A stretch of 64,000 nt of DNA from the human T2T-CHM13v2.0 reference genome, Homo sapiens (GCF_009914755.1 NC_060930.1), one strand, 5' to 3'. Positions 15,831 to 40,036 are shown, counted from the first letter of the stretch. Program-made: numbers and translations. The notes: generated by a model not told the origin, from the letters alone.

Positions 15831-17229
15831 TATTATGATTTGTGTACAGTGCCTGGCAAATTGTGTAGCTTCTAGTAGGTATTCTGTAAATCTTGGTTCC
15901 TCTTTTTATTTATCTGTTGTCTTCAGCACTCGTTTCAGTGAAGACATAGTAGAATTCATCAATGTGTGTTGAATTGAATATCAAGCTATAATATACTATC
16001 AAATGGGAACATTTAATGAGCTGTACTACCTACAGATTTAGTAAATTGTTGTTTGAACTTTAGTTCTTTTAAAAGAAGCTATTTCAGCAACAGCTGCTTA
16101 AATAGTCTATAGGTAGTCTTTTCTTTTAGTCTGTAATACAATAAGAATCTCCTAGAAGGATAAATCAAATTGGTTCCATGAAACCATAAAATTATTGTGT
16201 GATAATTTATAGGAAACCTCCTTTAACAACATGTTTTAAAAGTTTTTGTTACTCTAAATCGATATGTATATATATAAATAAGCATTATTCAGCTTCTTGG
16301 TTTGACACTTGGATTTTTAAGGAAAAGATCTGCGTATCCATGTGCATCTCCAAAATATTTATTTAGGTACTTGTAATTACTTTAAAAATCCTCTTTGTTT
16401 GTGTTTCATCTGTAGGTATTATAGCTATTCACTGTTGAGAATTTAGAGGTACTTATACCATTTTTTACAAAATGAATGTCCCATAATTCTAGCATTCTGT
16501 TTTATATGACCAAGTGCTCATTTCACTCTGTTTAGAGATCATGAAGGAATCATAGTCAAGAACTCCTGAATTTTAAAATAGTATTTAGTAATGACAAATG
16601 TTGATATAAATGTATTATGAAATCTTTATGTCTAAGAAAAATAATATTAAACAGCTAATATTAAAAATTTTGTTGGCTAAATAACATTTCAAGAGATGGA
16701 TGTATTGCATTGATAATTAGCACGATATTTGAATTACAAAAAACTCTTCAATTTAATGCGTATGGTCCATTTTCACTTGTGTTCTATAAAAACCTAAAGG
16801 TTCTTAAGCCAAATGATTTCTGTTTAGAATTCTGTTTAGAATACATTTCTCAGAGCATATAGTTTTGGATGATATATATATCCTTGTAAAGGCTGATTTT
16901 TTAAAAAGTTCATCCTTTAAAAAATTAAGTCTGTAAGACTTAAAGGCATTGGTATTCTACTTTAACTTTGTTGATGAGTGGAAATCTTTTAATCAAGAAT
17001 ATTACAAGTGGGTCTTTACATCTCTCATTGTCATTAATGAACTAAAAGGTGCATACTTGTTAAACTACATCTCAGAGCCTTATACATCCATAAAAAAGAT
17101 GTTATTCTACAAGTAGGACCAAAGTGTTACCTTAACATAGATGAACTTTCATTAGTGTAGTATCTTAGTTTTAATTCTATAACATTGTGCTCTTTAATAA
17201 TCACTAATTATATGTATGGCTTTTTTCCC

Positions 17230-18200
<971 letters not shown>

Positions 18201-18796
18201 TTTATGAACAAAGCTGATGTAAACATCGAGTATGATTTAAAAATTGTCTGATTTTCCATTTTTACCACTTCCCACAATCATGGCTATCAACTCTTAACAT
18301 ACACCAATGTTTTTATCCACCTTCCTCAGCAACTTGGCAATTAGGAAAGACTGAAAATATTTAACATTAAACCCATTTCCTGCATTTGAATCCTTTTACT
18401 CATTAGAGGTGTTTATTATAGGGAAGAAAAAAATCTCATTTTGAATCTTGAAATCTAAATAGCCTGGCCAGCATTATTTTACCTTTTATGACATTCCTAA
18501 ATAAAATTTTTAAATATAACCAAATTGAAACCTGTAGTCTTTAATTACCCAAAGAGCTTATGCAAATACTTTGCTTACTATAATGATGTTGTGATGAATC
18601 TTTTCTAAAGAGAATAAATGTTTCCTAATGACCATATTTTATTTCCATAAGTATATGTGGCATTTGAAGTCTATCATAGTTATCGAATTTTCTCTAAACA
18701 AGGAAATATGGAAAAAATCCCATAATGCCATACTTTTTAAAAAAAATTGAGACACATAATCTGTGTTTTTTATTATTGAAAATTTTTTACTATTCC

Positions 18797-18798
18797 TT

Positions 18799-18830
<32 letters not shown>

Positions 18831-19112
18831 TGAGACAGTGTCTCACTCTGCACCCAGGCTGGAGTGCAGTGGCACTATCATGACTCACTGCATTCTCAAC
18901 CTCTCAGGTTCAGGTGAGCCTCCCACCTCATCTTCCTGAGTAGCTGAAGCTACAGGCATGTACCACCACTCCAGGCTAATTTTTCTATTTTTTGTACAGA
19001 CAGAGTTTCACCATGTTGCCCAGGCTGGTCTCAAACTCCTGGGCTCAAACAATCCACCCGCCTTGGCCTCCTAAAGTGCTGGAATTTACAAATGTGAGCC
19101 AGCGTGCTAGGT
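18797..19112 (-). mobile_element. AluJ
   Basis: Antisense Alu containing ctcctgggctcaa. Confidence 0.9.
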
Positions 19113-19169
19113 CTACTACTGTATCTATTTTCATAAAATTTTAAAAATCTCATAACTTTATAGAATGAC

Positions 19170-19596
<427 letters not shown>

Positions 19597-19860
19597 TGAC
19601 TTTTAAAAGGAATGTTTATATGAAATAAAATTTCAACCTCCATTTTTTTAAGAAAAATATGAAGAGCTTAAAACTTGTCCCTTTTCATTTATTTGTTCTT
19701 GACAATACATATGTTTACATGTATGTGTGTATAAATATACCTACACTGTGACAGTTACGTATATTAAAAAACATCTTCCTAAGGCAATAAATACTACCTG
19801 TTTATGATATAATTGCATTATATTTACAGCTTATTAAGAGTTTTTAAGAAATAGTTTTAA

Positions 19861-20265
<405 letters not shown>

Positions 20266-20268
20266 TAA

Positions 20269-21232
<964 letters not shown>

Positions 21233-22554
21233 TAAATAACACATTTTCTTTATCCATTCATCTGTTGATGGACACTTAGGTTGCTTCAAAATCTTGGTTA
21301 TTGTGAACAGTGCTGTAACAAACATGAGTGTGCTGATATATCTTTGATGTACTGATTTCCTTTCTTTTGGATATATACCCAGCAGTGAGATTGCTGGATC
21401 ATGTAGTAGCTCTTTTTTTAGTGTTTTGAGGAACCTGCAAACTCATCTCCATAGTGGTTGTACTAATTTACATTCCCACCAATAGAGTATTGAGGGTTCC
21501 CTTTTCTCTGCGTCCTCAGCAGTGTTTGTTATTCCCTGTCTGTTTAAAAGCCATTTTAACTGGGGTGAGATGATACTTCATTGTAGTTTTGATTTGCATT
21601 TCTCTTATGATCAATGATGTTGAGCACTTTTTTGTTTGCCTGTTTGCTATTTGTATGTCTTCTTTTAAGAAATGTTTATTCAAATCTTTTGCCCATCTTT
21701 TAATCAGATTTATTAGATTTTTTCCCTATAGAGTTATTTGAGCTTCTTATATATTCTGGTTATTAATCCCTTGCCAGATGAGTAGTTTGCAAATATTTTC
21801 TCCCATTCTGTGGGTTGTCTCTTCACTTTGCCAGCTGTTTCCTTTGCTGTGCAGAAGCTTTTTAACCTGATGTGATCCCATTTGTTCATTTTTGCTTTGG
21901 TTGTCTGTGCTTGTGAAGTATGACTCAAGAAATTTTTGCTCAGACCAATGTCCTGGAGAGTTTCCCCAATGTTTTCTTACAGTAGTTTCATAATTTGAAG
22001 TCTTAAATTTAAGTCTTTATTTTTATTTTATTTTTCTATAAGGTGAGATAGGGGTCTAGTCTCATTCTTCTGCATATGGATATCCAGTTTTTCCAGCACT
22101 GTTTAATGAAGAGATGGTCTTTTCCCCAGTGTGTATTCTTGGCACCTTTGTCAAAAATGTGTTCACTGTAGGTATGTGGATTTGTTTCTGGGTTCTCTAT
22201 TTTGTTCTGTTGGTCTATGTGTCTGTTTTTGTGCCAGTACCATGCTGTTTTTGTCTATAGTTTTGTAGTATAGTGTGAAGTCAGGTATTGTGATTTCTGC
22301 AGTTTTGTTATTTTTACTCAGGAGAGCTTTGGCTATTTTGGATCTTTTCTGATTCCATATAAATTTTAGGATTGCTTTTTCTATTTCTGTGAAGAATGGC
22401 ATTGTGACTTTGGTGGGGATTGCATTGAATCTGTAGATTGCTTTGGATAGTATGAGCATTTTAACAATATTGATTCTTCCAATCTATGAATACGGAATAG
22501 CTTTCCATTTTTGTGTTTGTGCCCTCTTTAATTTCTTTCATCAGTGTTTTATAG

Positions 22555-22892
<338 letters not shown>

Positions 22893-23176
22893 CATCTTTC
22901 ACTTCTTTGGTTAATTCCTAGGTATTTGATTTTATTTGTGACTGTTGTAAATGGGATTATTTTTTAAATTTGTTTTTCATATTGTTTACTGCTGGCATAT
23001 ATAAATGCTACTGATTTTTGTTATGTTGATTTTGTGTCCTGCAACTTTACTGAATTTGTTTATCAGTTCTAATAGTTTTCCTTTTTTTTTTTTTTTTTTT
23101 AAAATACTGGGCATGGTGTCATGTGCCTATAGTCCCAGCTACTGGGGAGGCTGGGGTGGGGTGTGGAAGTATCTCT

Positions 23177-23486
23177 CTTTTTTTTTTTTTTTTTTTTTTT
23201 TTTTGAGATAAGGTCTCATTCTGTTGCCCAGGCTGGAGTGCAGTGGCAAGATCTTGGCCCACTGCAGCCTCTGCCTCCCAGGCTCAAGTGATCCTTCCAC
23301 CTCAACTTCCTGAGTAGCTGGGGCTACAGGCACATGCCACCACGCCTGGCTAATTTTTGTATTTTTTGTGGAGATGGGATTTTGCCATGTTGCTCAGGCT
23401 GGTCCTGAACTCCTGGACTCAAGGGATCCACCTGGCTCGGCCTCCCAAAGTGCTAGGATTACAGGTGTGAGCCACTATGCCCAGCC
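23177..23486 (-). mobile_element. AluJb-like element
   Basis: Antisense dimer with a long T tail. Confidence 0.88.
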
Positions 23487-23939
23487 CTCTTGGGAAATCT
23501 TTAGGTTTTTCCAAATATAAGCTCGTGTCACCTGCAAACAAGGATAATTTGACTGTTTCCTTTTCCTTTCCAATTTGGAAGCCCTTTATTTCTTTCTCAT
23601 GTGATTGCTTTAGCTCAGACATCTAGTACTATGTTGAATAACAATGGTGAAAGTGGGCATAGTTTGTCATGTTCCAGATCTAAGAGAAAAGGCTTTCAGT
23701 TTTCCCCCATTTCGTATGATACTAGCTGTGGGTCTGTCATATATAGTTTTTATTATGTTGAGGTCCGTTATTTCTATACCTAGTTTTCTGAGGGTTTTTA
23801 GTATGAAGGGATATTGAGCTTTATCAGATAATTTTTCGGCATCAATTGAAATTATTATATGGTTTTTGTCCTTCAAAGAATGGAGTTTTAATTTTTAGGC
23901 AATTTCACTTAAAGTGACTTTTTAAAACCTTGATATCAA

Positions 23940-24275
23940 ATATATAATATAATTTGCATTATATATTTATATAAATATATATTTATTATTATAATATATA
24001 ATTTATATATTTATATATAATAATTTATATAAAATAATTTATATAAATTATAATTTATGTATAATATATATAATTTATATATTATATATTATATAATTAT
24101 ATATATATATTATATATATTTAATATATATTATATATAATATATATTATATATGATATTATATATGTTATATATTTATAATATATGTTATATATAAAATT
24201 ATATAATATATAATAAATATATATAATATATAAAATATATATTTATATATAATGCAAATATATATAATGCAAATA
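23940..24275. repeat. AT-rich (TA)n-like low-complexity repeat with inverted ends
   Basis: Almost pure A/T. atttgcattatata (23952-65) is the reverse complement of tatataatgcaaat (24246-59, 24261-74). Confidence 0.9.
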
Positions 24276-24334
24276 CATGAGCAATTCTGTTGATGTATTT
24301 TCTAAAAAGGCTAACCTTATTACTCAATGTTTAA

Positions 24335-24945
<611 letters not shown>

Positions 24946-25362
24946 CAAGTTCTTTACTAAGAATTTTCATTATAGATTGAGAAAAGGAGAGAATTTTTTT
25001 TATAGTAGAATTCTATATATTCAAGTATTAAATGCTTGATATCTAATCTTCTCATATTGGGTTATTGATTTTGAATTTTGGAAGTGATACTTTCCAAATT
25101 CTTTTATTGTCTCATTACAGTTTAAAACTAATTTGATTGAATACCTTTTGATCTTCTTTCTGTGGCTGTTAATTTTTTTCTTTTATTAAAATTATAATAA
25201 AATGTGTGTAGGACCCAAAGAGAAATCAATTTTGGTCTTTTTTTCTTTTTGCTCCTTTATCTTTTTTTTTAATCAGTAGAAAGCTTTATTTGCCAGGCTA
25301 AACGATAAATTAACATCATGATTTAGGCTAAGCAAAAAACTAATATCATTTTTTTCTTTCAG

Positions 25363-25421
25363 ATCTCTATAAAAATGGACTCCAAAGAGCTAACTTTGTA
25401 CCATTCATAGCAGTCTTGAAG
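25363..25421 (+). CDS. AFG1L: Internal coding exon (59 nt) of AFG1-like ATPase AFG1L/LACE1; peptide (D)LYKNGLQRANFVPFIAVLK
   Basis: Polypyrimidine tract plus acceptor (tttttctttcAG, AG at 25361-62) and donor AAG|GTAAAA at 25422. The frame is open and contains LYKNGLQR..F.PFI, characteristic of AFG1/ZapE ATPases. It is too short for the ORF track. I found no other exon of this gene in the window. Confidence 0.93.
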
Positions 25422-25549
25422 GTAAAAACAAATCATTTATTTGTGTTTACTAAGATCATACTTATTGATAATCAAGGGCTTTAGTAGGATTGTCTTAGTC
25501 TTGGCATTCAAGCAGAATTTATTTTGGCATTTAGATAGTAATAGTCAGG

Positions 25550-25891
<342 letters not shown>

Positions 25892-28082
25892 CTAGATAGT
25901 AACAGTCAAAGACACTAAAGGAGAAAAGAATCTTTTGATATAATATTCATCCATGTGTACACTGAAAAAATTACAAAATATAGTCTAAATTATTCTCTAA
26001 CTGAAACATTGAATAGTTTGCATTTTATAAATTTTAAATTGAGGTATGCTCATAAATATTATAGTGGAATATTTAAACTTATACATTTATTTCTGAAAAA
26101 AATGTTTAATGTTCCCTGTTTCCTTCAGGTTAATGGCCATTATTAACATGTTTTCCCAGCTATTAAAGTTGCTATTCTAGAATAGCATTATTACAAAAAT
26201 ATTCTAATATATTTAAATGTGATTGCCATCAAGTTATGAAATTATGTCAAGTTGAGGCACATAAATTGTTTAAATATTTGTGTGTATCATCACTGCATAG
26301 AGTTTAAAATAGTCTTCATTACAATATGATTAAGAATAAAATAGCCTCCTTTTTTACTATTAATTTTAAGTAATATTTTACATGATTATTTAATGATTTC
26401 ACATTCTGCCAATATTTATTAAGAACCTACTATGTACAATGTGTTGCATTAGGCATAATGGATAATAGAATTATGAACTAAGCTGTTTTTCTGGCACATT
26501 ATTTATAATCTAGTTGAGGATGTAAAATATATAAAAAAATCCCTATAAGAGAAAGCAAAATTTGCCAAAATATAATTCCCATAATTTTAGATAAATACTT
26601 TCTCCCCATGCACATCAACAAATCTGAAGAAAGGATAAAGAATTTTTTAAAACTTGAAACCTTAAAAATTCTTACCCAAGAAGGGTTAAAATGTTTTACC
26701 TTCAGACATGCTAAAGACATAATCAGACAATCTTTTTGACGTGTACTTTGGTTGGAATTACTGTTCGTGCCAAACTTTATTCCCTATGCTATACTTAGGA
26801 GAATTCAAACATCTGTTTCCTTGACCAATTTTAGGTTCCCAAGGATTTTAATTTCTCAGAGATATTTATAGATGTAGGAAAAGTACTTTTGGAAGATTTA
26901 TGCTGTTAGTAATTTTTTTCCCTTTATATTCATGCTTTGCATTTAGGGAGGACATAGACTTGCAACGTTTTCTCCATGCTAGGAATCCAAAGTAATATGG
27001 TATACACAGATACCAAAATATAAAGAGGAAGCTAGGAAAAATAGGTGCTAAAAATAGTGTCTTCATATAGCATAAAATACACAAAATATAAAAAGAGAAG
27101 TCTCAGAAAGAAACAAGTTAAGGGGTTCTGAGGGAACAACTTTGTAGCTGTACTTTTTTTTTTTTCCTCCAAATATTTTGTTGTTGTTTTCTTTGGCCAG
27201 TAATTAGTCATACTTCAATATATAATAGCAGTATTAATAGGCAAAATGAATAGTAACAATTTGAAAGTGAACATGAACTGAGAGATATAATATACAATTT
27301 AAAGTTGAACATGGACTGAACTTCCCAGGAAACTAAATACCAGATTAGATGAGAAAAGGTCTAAAATGTCTAATTTATTCAAGAGACTTTTCGTATATGA
27401 CAAAACATCAATGAAATGAAAACTAGAGCTGGTTTCTCTGAAGCTTTTCTGTTTGGGCATATAAAGTTTCTTTTGTAAGGAAAGGTAGTTTAATATTAAC
27501 TTAAGTGACTTTTTGCCTCTTCACAGATGCTAGTGTTACTTCTTCATTCTGGCCTAGCTGAGAGAAAGGTATAGCAAAAGTCAATCTTAAAACAAATTGA
27601 GAATCTTAGTTTAATAAAAAGAAATTATTATAAACAAGATAGAAATTTGTTGAGGAAAAAGTATATTGTAAAATTCATTTTAAAAAATGTTCTTCTCTAT
27701 AAACCAAATAGTTATAAGTTTGTAATTCACCACAGAAGCTTGTGGTTTGTTGCTTGGGATATTGAAAAATAACAAAAATGTATATAAGCTCTTAGTAAAG
27801 CCTGCTTTATGGCCCAACATGTGGACAATTTTTGTAAATATTTTCTTTAAAATATTTCTTCAAAATAGTGAGTACTCTTCGGTTGTTTTGTATTATTGTG
27901 TAGGTTTGTTAATTATGCTGTTCAAATCTTTATTCTCATATTTTTTTTCCTATCAATTACTGAGAGACTTAGGGGATACATCTCTCACTATAATTGTGAA
28001 TTTGTCTATTTTTCTTGTAATTCTGTCATTTGCCTTACATATTTGGAGGCTATGTTATAAGTTGCATACAGATTTATAATAA

Positions 28083-28393
28083 TTATTTTATTTATTTATT
28101 TATTTATTTTGAGACAGAGTCTTGCTCTGTCACCCAGGCTAGAGTGCAGTGGTACAATATTGGCTCACTGCAACCTCTGCCTCCCAGGTTCAAGCAATTT
28201 TCCTGCCTTAGCCTCCTGAGTAGCTGGGACTACAAGTGCACACACCACCACACCAGGCTAATTTTTGTATTTTTAGTAGAGATGGGGTTTCACCATGTTG
28301 GCCAGGCTGGTCTCAAACTCCTGACCTCAAGTGATCTGCCTGCCTTGGCCTCCCAAAGTGCTGGGAGTACAGGTGTTAGCCACCACACCTGGC
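28083..28393 (-). mobile_element. AluS
   Basis: Full Alu with a (TTTA)n tail. Confidence 0.92.
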
Positions 28394-28674
28394 CAGATTT
28401 ACAGTAGTTAAATACTGCTTGTGAATGGAGCTTTTAAATATTATTGAGTAGCATTGCTCCTTTTCAAGTGTATTTGTAACCGTCTCTTGAAACATTGTTA
28501 TCATGACTGCTTTAAAATCTTTATCAGATAATTCTAACGTCTCTGCCATCTTGATGTTGCCATTTCTTTACATTCAGTTTGAGGTCTTCCTGATTTTTGG
28601 TATAAGTGATTTACAATGGAAGCTGGCATTTTCATAATTTGTCATGAGACTTTGAATCTTAATGTTTTAACCAA

Positions 28675-30211
<1,537 letters not shown>

Positions 30212-30760
30212 TAGACATTATTCTGTCAAGAGAAGGGGAGGCACTGCTTGCTTCCTTTACTACCGGATATAGCTAGAAATCCAGGTTCCCTATTCAGCCT
30301 CCATTGACACCTGAGCTGTGGTTTGGGGTGTGCTCCTTGTTACCTGTTACTGCTGGAAAGAGGGTTCTGACTCCCATGTGATCTCCACTGATATCATTGT
30401 GGGAGGAGGATGCTCATTACTGGTTGGCTGGGATGAAAGTTCCAGTTCCTACTTGGCCTTCTGTGACATCACCCTGGCAGTGGTGTTGGGATTCCTCATG
30501 ACAGCCTTATGAGGGTGGAATTCTAGGCTTCCCTTAGCCTTTGCCGGCATGGTTGGGGAGGTGGAGCTACAGTTTTTCTCTGTGGTATTTGCTTTAGTTA
30601 GAACAGTTATTGTCTAAAAGTTTTACGTTTTGTTAAGTTGCCCTTTTCCTGCTCCTTTGGCTAAAGAGAACAGACTTTTATGGGGGCCTCATTTGTATAT
30701 TTCCATCGGCATTTCTGGGTTGCTGGCTTCTTTAGCTCTAAGTCTGGGATATATGAGTCA

Positions 30761-31070
<310 letters not shown>

Positions 31071-33387
31071 ATCAATCCCACAGGAGGGAACCTCACCATC
31101 TGTTGTTCTTCAGGTCTTGAACAGGTCTAGCTGTTTTTCCTTCTTTCTACTTTTCAGGGTCTCCTGATGTTTCTTTTATATATAATTTCCAGATTGTACA
31201 TATGAGGAGGGATAGGGAAAAGTACATCTCCATCTTCCCAGAAGCAGAAGTCAGCTTATTTAAGGTCCTTGTCTGCTAATTCCATCATTTCTGGTTATGT
31301 TTCTATGGTTTGATTTTTTCCCCCTGGTTGTGAGTCCTATTTTCCTGCTTCTTTGCAAGTCAAGTAAGTTATGATTGGATGCTGCATTTAGTGATTATTA
31401 CATTGAGTCTGTTACTTCCTTTAAGGGTGTCAAATTTTATTTTGGCAAGTGGTTAAGTTTCTTGCAGATCAGGTTGATCTTTTTGAGGCTTTTTTTTTTT
31501 TTTTCCCTGTGCAGGCGTCTCACTCTGTTGCCTAGGCTGGAGTGCAGTGGCGTGAGGCTTATTTTTAAACTTTGATAGGGTGAATGTAGATTAGCCATTA
31601 TTCCAGGTCTGTTTTAGCCCTTCTAGGTGTTAGGTTTTAGGACCTTTCTAAGCTCTTTACTGAATCCCTGTGGTATTCATTGAGGTATTTCAGCTTTGAC
31701 TATATCAGAATGCTTATATCTCCCAGATTATGTGTATTGTTCTTTGCCCAACTCTGCATATGCAATTTGTTATTCAGCCAAAGATTACATTCCCTATGCA
31801 GATATCTGGAGCTTTTCTTTTGCATAGCATTTTCCTGTGCTGAACTCTACTGTGCAAATTCCAACTGTTTCAGCATCCCAAAACTCTGAGGACTGTCTCT
31901 TCAACTCATTTAGATTGTTCTATTGCAGTCTAGAAATTGCCTCTAGATAGAAAGCCAGGGAATATGGCCAGCTTGCTTGCCTGATTTTTTTCCCTCATAT
32001 CTCAGGGATTGCTGTCTTTTGCTACCTATTACGTAATGTCTGGTATCAGCTGGTTCACATGTTTTGTCCAGTGTTTTAGTTATTTATTACAGAAGGGCAA
32101 AATCCAGTTCCAATTACTCTGCCTTGGCCAAAAGCATAAATCTCTTTCTTAGTTTTTAGTTATAAAGGAAAAGAAGATCAGGTTTTTTTTCTTTTTTCTT
32201 TTTTTTTAGTAATTTAGGAACTTAGAGCCATATTTTATCATAGAAACAAAAAAATAAATAGGATAACAATAAAAAGACAGTTGTGGGCACAGGAATTTTG
32301 TTTCAGCTTTCTCTCACACATTTAGAGGAACAGTTAGGTAAATGATGATGCAGTCACATGAGGGGATATAACAGTTATACGGAATATTTTTCAAAAGCTT
32401 TCAATAATGTAGAATAATGCTTACAGATAACGTGAGTGGAAAAGTATGATGCAAGGGTACATCTATTCCTATCTCAACTGTGGAAATAATACACATGCAT
32501 CAAAAAATACTGGAAAGAAATATCCCAAAATGTTAATAGAATATATTTCTGGATATTAAGATTATGAGTGATTTAAATTTTCTCTTTTAGACTTTTCTAA
32601 GATTTCTGGAATGATCTTGTATTATTTTTATAATGAAAACCATTTTTGAACAGGTGAATTTTGCTCACTCCTCTTTGGAAATCAGCAGACCTGACTAGGA
32701 GAACTCACAATCAAAGTTGAGAAATCAGCAAAAAGCAAAATGGATTGAACATGGGTCCTATCTGTAGAGACCATTATTACAAAAATAAATGGGATGGCAG
32801 GCACAGGGAGGAAGGAGCAGGAGCGGGGGGAGAGGCAGAGATGAACTAACAAGTAAAAGCACGTGATAGATATATTTTGGAGGAAGAACTACCTCAGGAA
32901 ATGGGAGAATTTTTCAGGTAAAATTTTCTATATTCTAAGAGAAATTAAAGTAGTCATGGTACTGATGACATAAGAGATTAGACATGAAATAATTATAAGA
33001 TTAGATGATAAGTGAGCTGGCAGAGCAGCTCTCAAATAAACTGAGAGCAGACCATTAAGAAAAGAAAAAGCATCTTAGAAAAAGCAGATGATAGAATCAA
33101 CACTGCTGAAAATAAAATCAGTGATACAGAGCCCAAACTTATGAAAGATCATATAAAATGATGCTGGAATAATCAGACATGAAAACTACTGCAGAAAAAA
33201 ATGCTAGATATGGAAAGCAGACAGCAGAGATCATACATTCACATAACTCATATTTCTAAAAAAGAAAACACAAAGATAAATCAGAAGAAAACTTTCATGA
33301 AAGAAAGTTAGGTTGAAAGTCTAGATTCAAAGTGTTCATTGTTTATTTCCTATTGTATGATCCCCCCATCAAGAATCATACATTTTT

Positions 33388-33777
<390 letters not shown>

Positions 33778-34279
33778 TCAAGCTGGTCTGAGGCTTGTAA
33801 ACTGCAAGTAGATACTAGAAGAGAAGAGAAGAGTTTTTACTAAATTCAGTTTTTTAAAAATGTGACATCTGGTCAGCTAGGCTGTCATGTACCTCTACGC
33901 CCACAGATATATGTTTTGGATATATGATAATTTAGGATTTATAGTCCTTAGTGAAGTTTCCTGAATAAACAACTTTAAGATTTTATACCACCAGTCAAAA
34001 TTAATAATATAAATGGAGATATTGTGGTAAGAAAATATTGGTGGTCATTGAATCTGACTAAACATTGTCTTCTTCCGATCTGTAAGTCAGACAATAAAAA
34101 TTTTTATCATATTATGTGAGAACTTCTGTAATTGAGTTAACTAAAGGATGCTAAAAAATAAAGGGGCCCTAGGAGGTTGAAGATGGCCAAATAGGAACAG
34201 ATCCAGTCTACAGCTCCCAGTGTAAGCAATGCAGAAGACGGGTGATTTCTGCCTTTCCAACTGAGGTATCGGGTTCATC

Positions 34280-34591
34280 TCACTGGGGCTTGTCAGACAG
34301 TGGGTGCAGTCCTTGGACCAGGGTGGGGCATTGCCTCACCCAGGAAGTGCAAGGGGTCAGGGAATTCCCTTTCCTAGCAAAGGGAAGCCATGACAGGCGG
34401 TACCTGGAAAATCGGGACACTCCCACCCAAATACTGCGCTTTTCCAACGGCCTTAGCAAACGGCACACCAGATTATATCCTGTGCCTGGCTTGGAGGGTC
34501 CCATGCCCATGGAGCCTTGCTCACTGCTAGCACAGCAGTCTGAGATTGAACTGCAAGGTGGCAGCGAGGCTGGGGGAGGGGCATCTGCCAT
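34280..34591 (-). other. L1 ORF0 homologue, open 103 codons
   Basis: MADAPPPASLPPCSSISDCCAS...GPSKPG..YNLV resembles primate ORF0 (MAGAPPPASLPPCSLISDCCAS); ATG at 34591-34589. Confidence 0.8.
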
Positions 34592-35161
34592 TGCAGAGGC
34601 TTGAGTAGGTAAACAAAGCGTCCTGGAAGCTCGAACTGGGTGGAGCCCATCGCAGCTCAAGGAGGCCTACCTGCCTCTGTAGACTCCACCTCTGGGGGCA
34701 GGGCATAGCTGAATAAAAGGCAGCAGAAACTTCTGTATATTTAAAAGTCCCTGTCTGACAGCTTTCAAGAGAGTAGGGGTTCTCCCAGCACGGAGTTTGA
34801 GATCTGAGAATGGACAGACTGCCTCTCAAGTGGGTCTCTGACTCCCAGCCTAACTGGGAGACACCTCTCAGTAGGGCCCGACTGACACCTCATACAGCTG
34901 GGTGCCCCTCTGAGACGAAGCTTCCAGAGGAAGGATCAGGCAGCAACATTTTCCGTTCTGCAATATTTGCTGTTCTGCAGCCTCTGCTGCTGATACCCAG
35001 GCAAACAGGGTCTGGAGTGGACCTCCAGCAAACTCCAACAGACCTGCAGCTGAGAGTCCTGACTGTTAGAAGGAAAACTAACAAACAGAAAGGACATCCA
35101 CACCAAAACCCCATCTGTATGTTGCCATCATCAAAGACCAAAGGTAGATAAAACCACAAAG

Positions 35162-36188
35162 ATGGGGAGAAACCAGAGCAGAGAAGCTGAAAATGCTAAA
35201 AATCAGAGCGCCTCTTCTCCTCCAAAGGAACGCAGCTCCTCGCCAGCAACGGAACAAAGCTGGACAGAGAATGACTTTGATGACTTGAGAGAAGAAGCCT
35301 TCAGACAATCGGTAATAACAAAACTTCTCCAAGCTAAAGGAGGATGTTTGAACCCATCTCAAAGAAGCTAAAAACCTTGAAAAAAGATTAGATGAATGTC
35401 TAACTAGAAAAAACAGTGCAGAGAAGTCCTTAAATGACCTGATGGAGCTGAAAACCATGGCACGAGAACTATGTGATGCATGCACAAGCTTCAATGGCCG
35501 ATTTGATCAAGTGGAAGAAAGGGTATCAGTGATTGAAGATCAAATGAATGAAATGAAGCCAGAAGAGAAGTTTAGAGAAAAAAGAGTAAAAAGCAACAAA
35601 CAAAGCCTCCAAGAAATATGGGACTATGTGAAAAGACCAAATCTACATCTGATTGGTGTATCTGAAAGTGACGGGGAGAATGGAACCAAGTTGGAAAATA
35701 CTCTTCAGGGTATTATCCAGGAGAACTTCCCAAACCTAGTGAGGCAGGCCAACATTCAAATTCAGGAAATACAGAGAACGCCACAAAGATACTCCTCGAG
35801 AAGAGCAACTCCAAGACACGTAATTGTCAGATTCACCAAAGTTGAAATGAAGGAAAAAATGTTAAGGGCAGCCAGAGAGAAAGGTTGGGTTACCCACAAA
35901 GGGAAGCCCATCAGACTAACAGCGGATCTCTCAGCAGAAATCCTTCAAGCCAGAAGAGAGTGGGGGCCAATATTCAACATTCTTAAAGAAAAGAATTTTC
36001 AACCCAGAATTTTATATCCAGCCAAACTAAGCTTCATAAGTGAAGGAGAAATAAAATCCTTTACAGACAAACAACTGCTGACAGGTTTTGTCACCACCAG
36101 GCCTGCCCTAAAAGAGCTCCTGAAGGAAGCACTAAACATGGAAAGGAACAACTGGTACCAGCCACTGCAAAATCATGCCAAATTGTAA
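35162..36188 (+). pseudogene. L1 ORF1, frameshifted near 35320
   Basis: MGRNQSREAEN... then a separate 248-aa frame ending QPLQNHAKL. Confidence 0.9.
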
Positions 36189-36251
36189 AGACCATCAAGG
36201 CTAGGAAGAAACTGCATCAACTAATGAGCAAAATAACCAGCTAACATCATA

Positions 36252-40036
<3,785 letters not shown>

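Noticed and set aside
16416-16450. Possible micro-exon (tcatctgtag|gtatt...ttagag|gtactt)
   Set aside because: Stop codons in all three frames and no AFG1-like peptide. It cannot be supported without RNA data.
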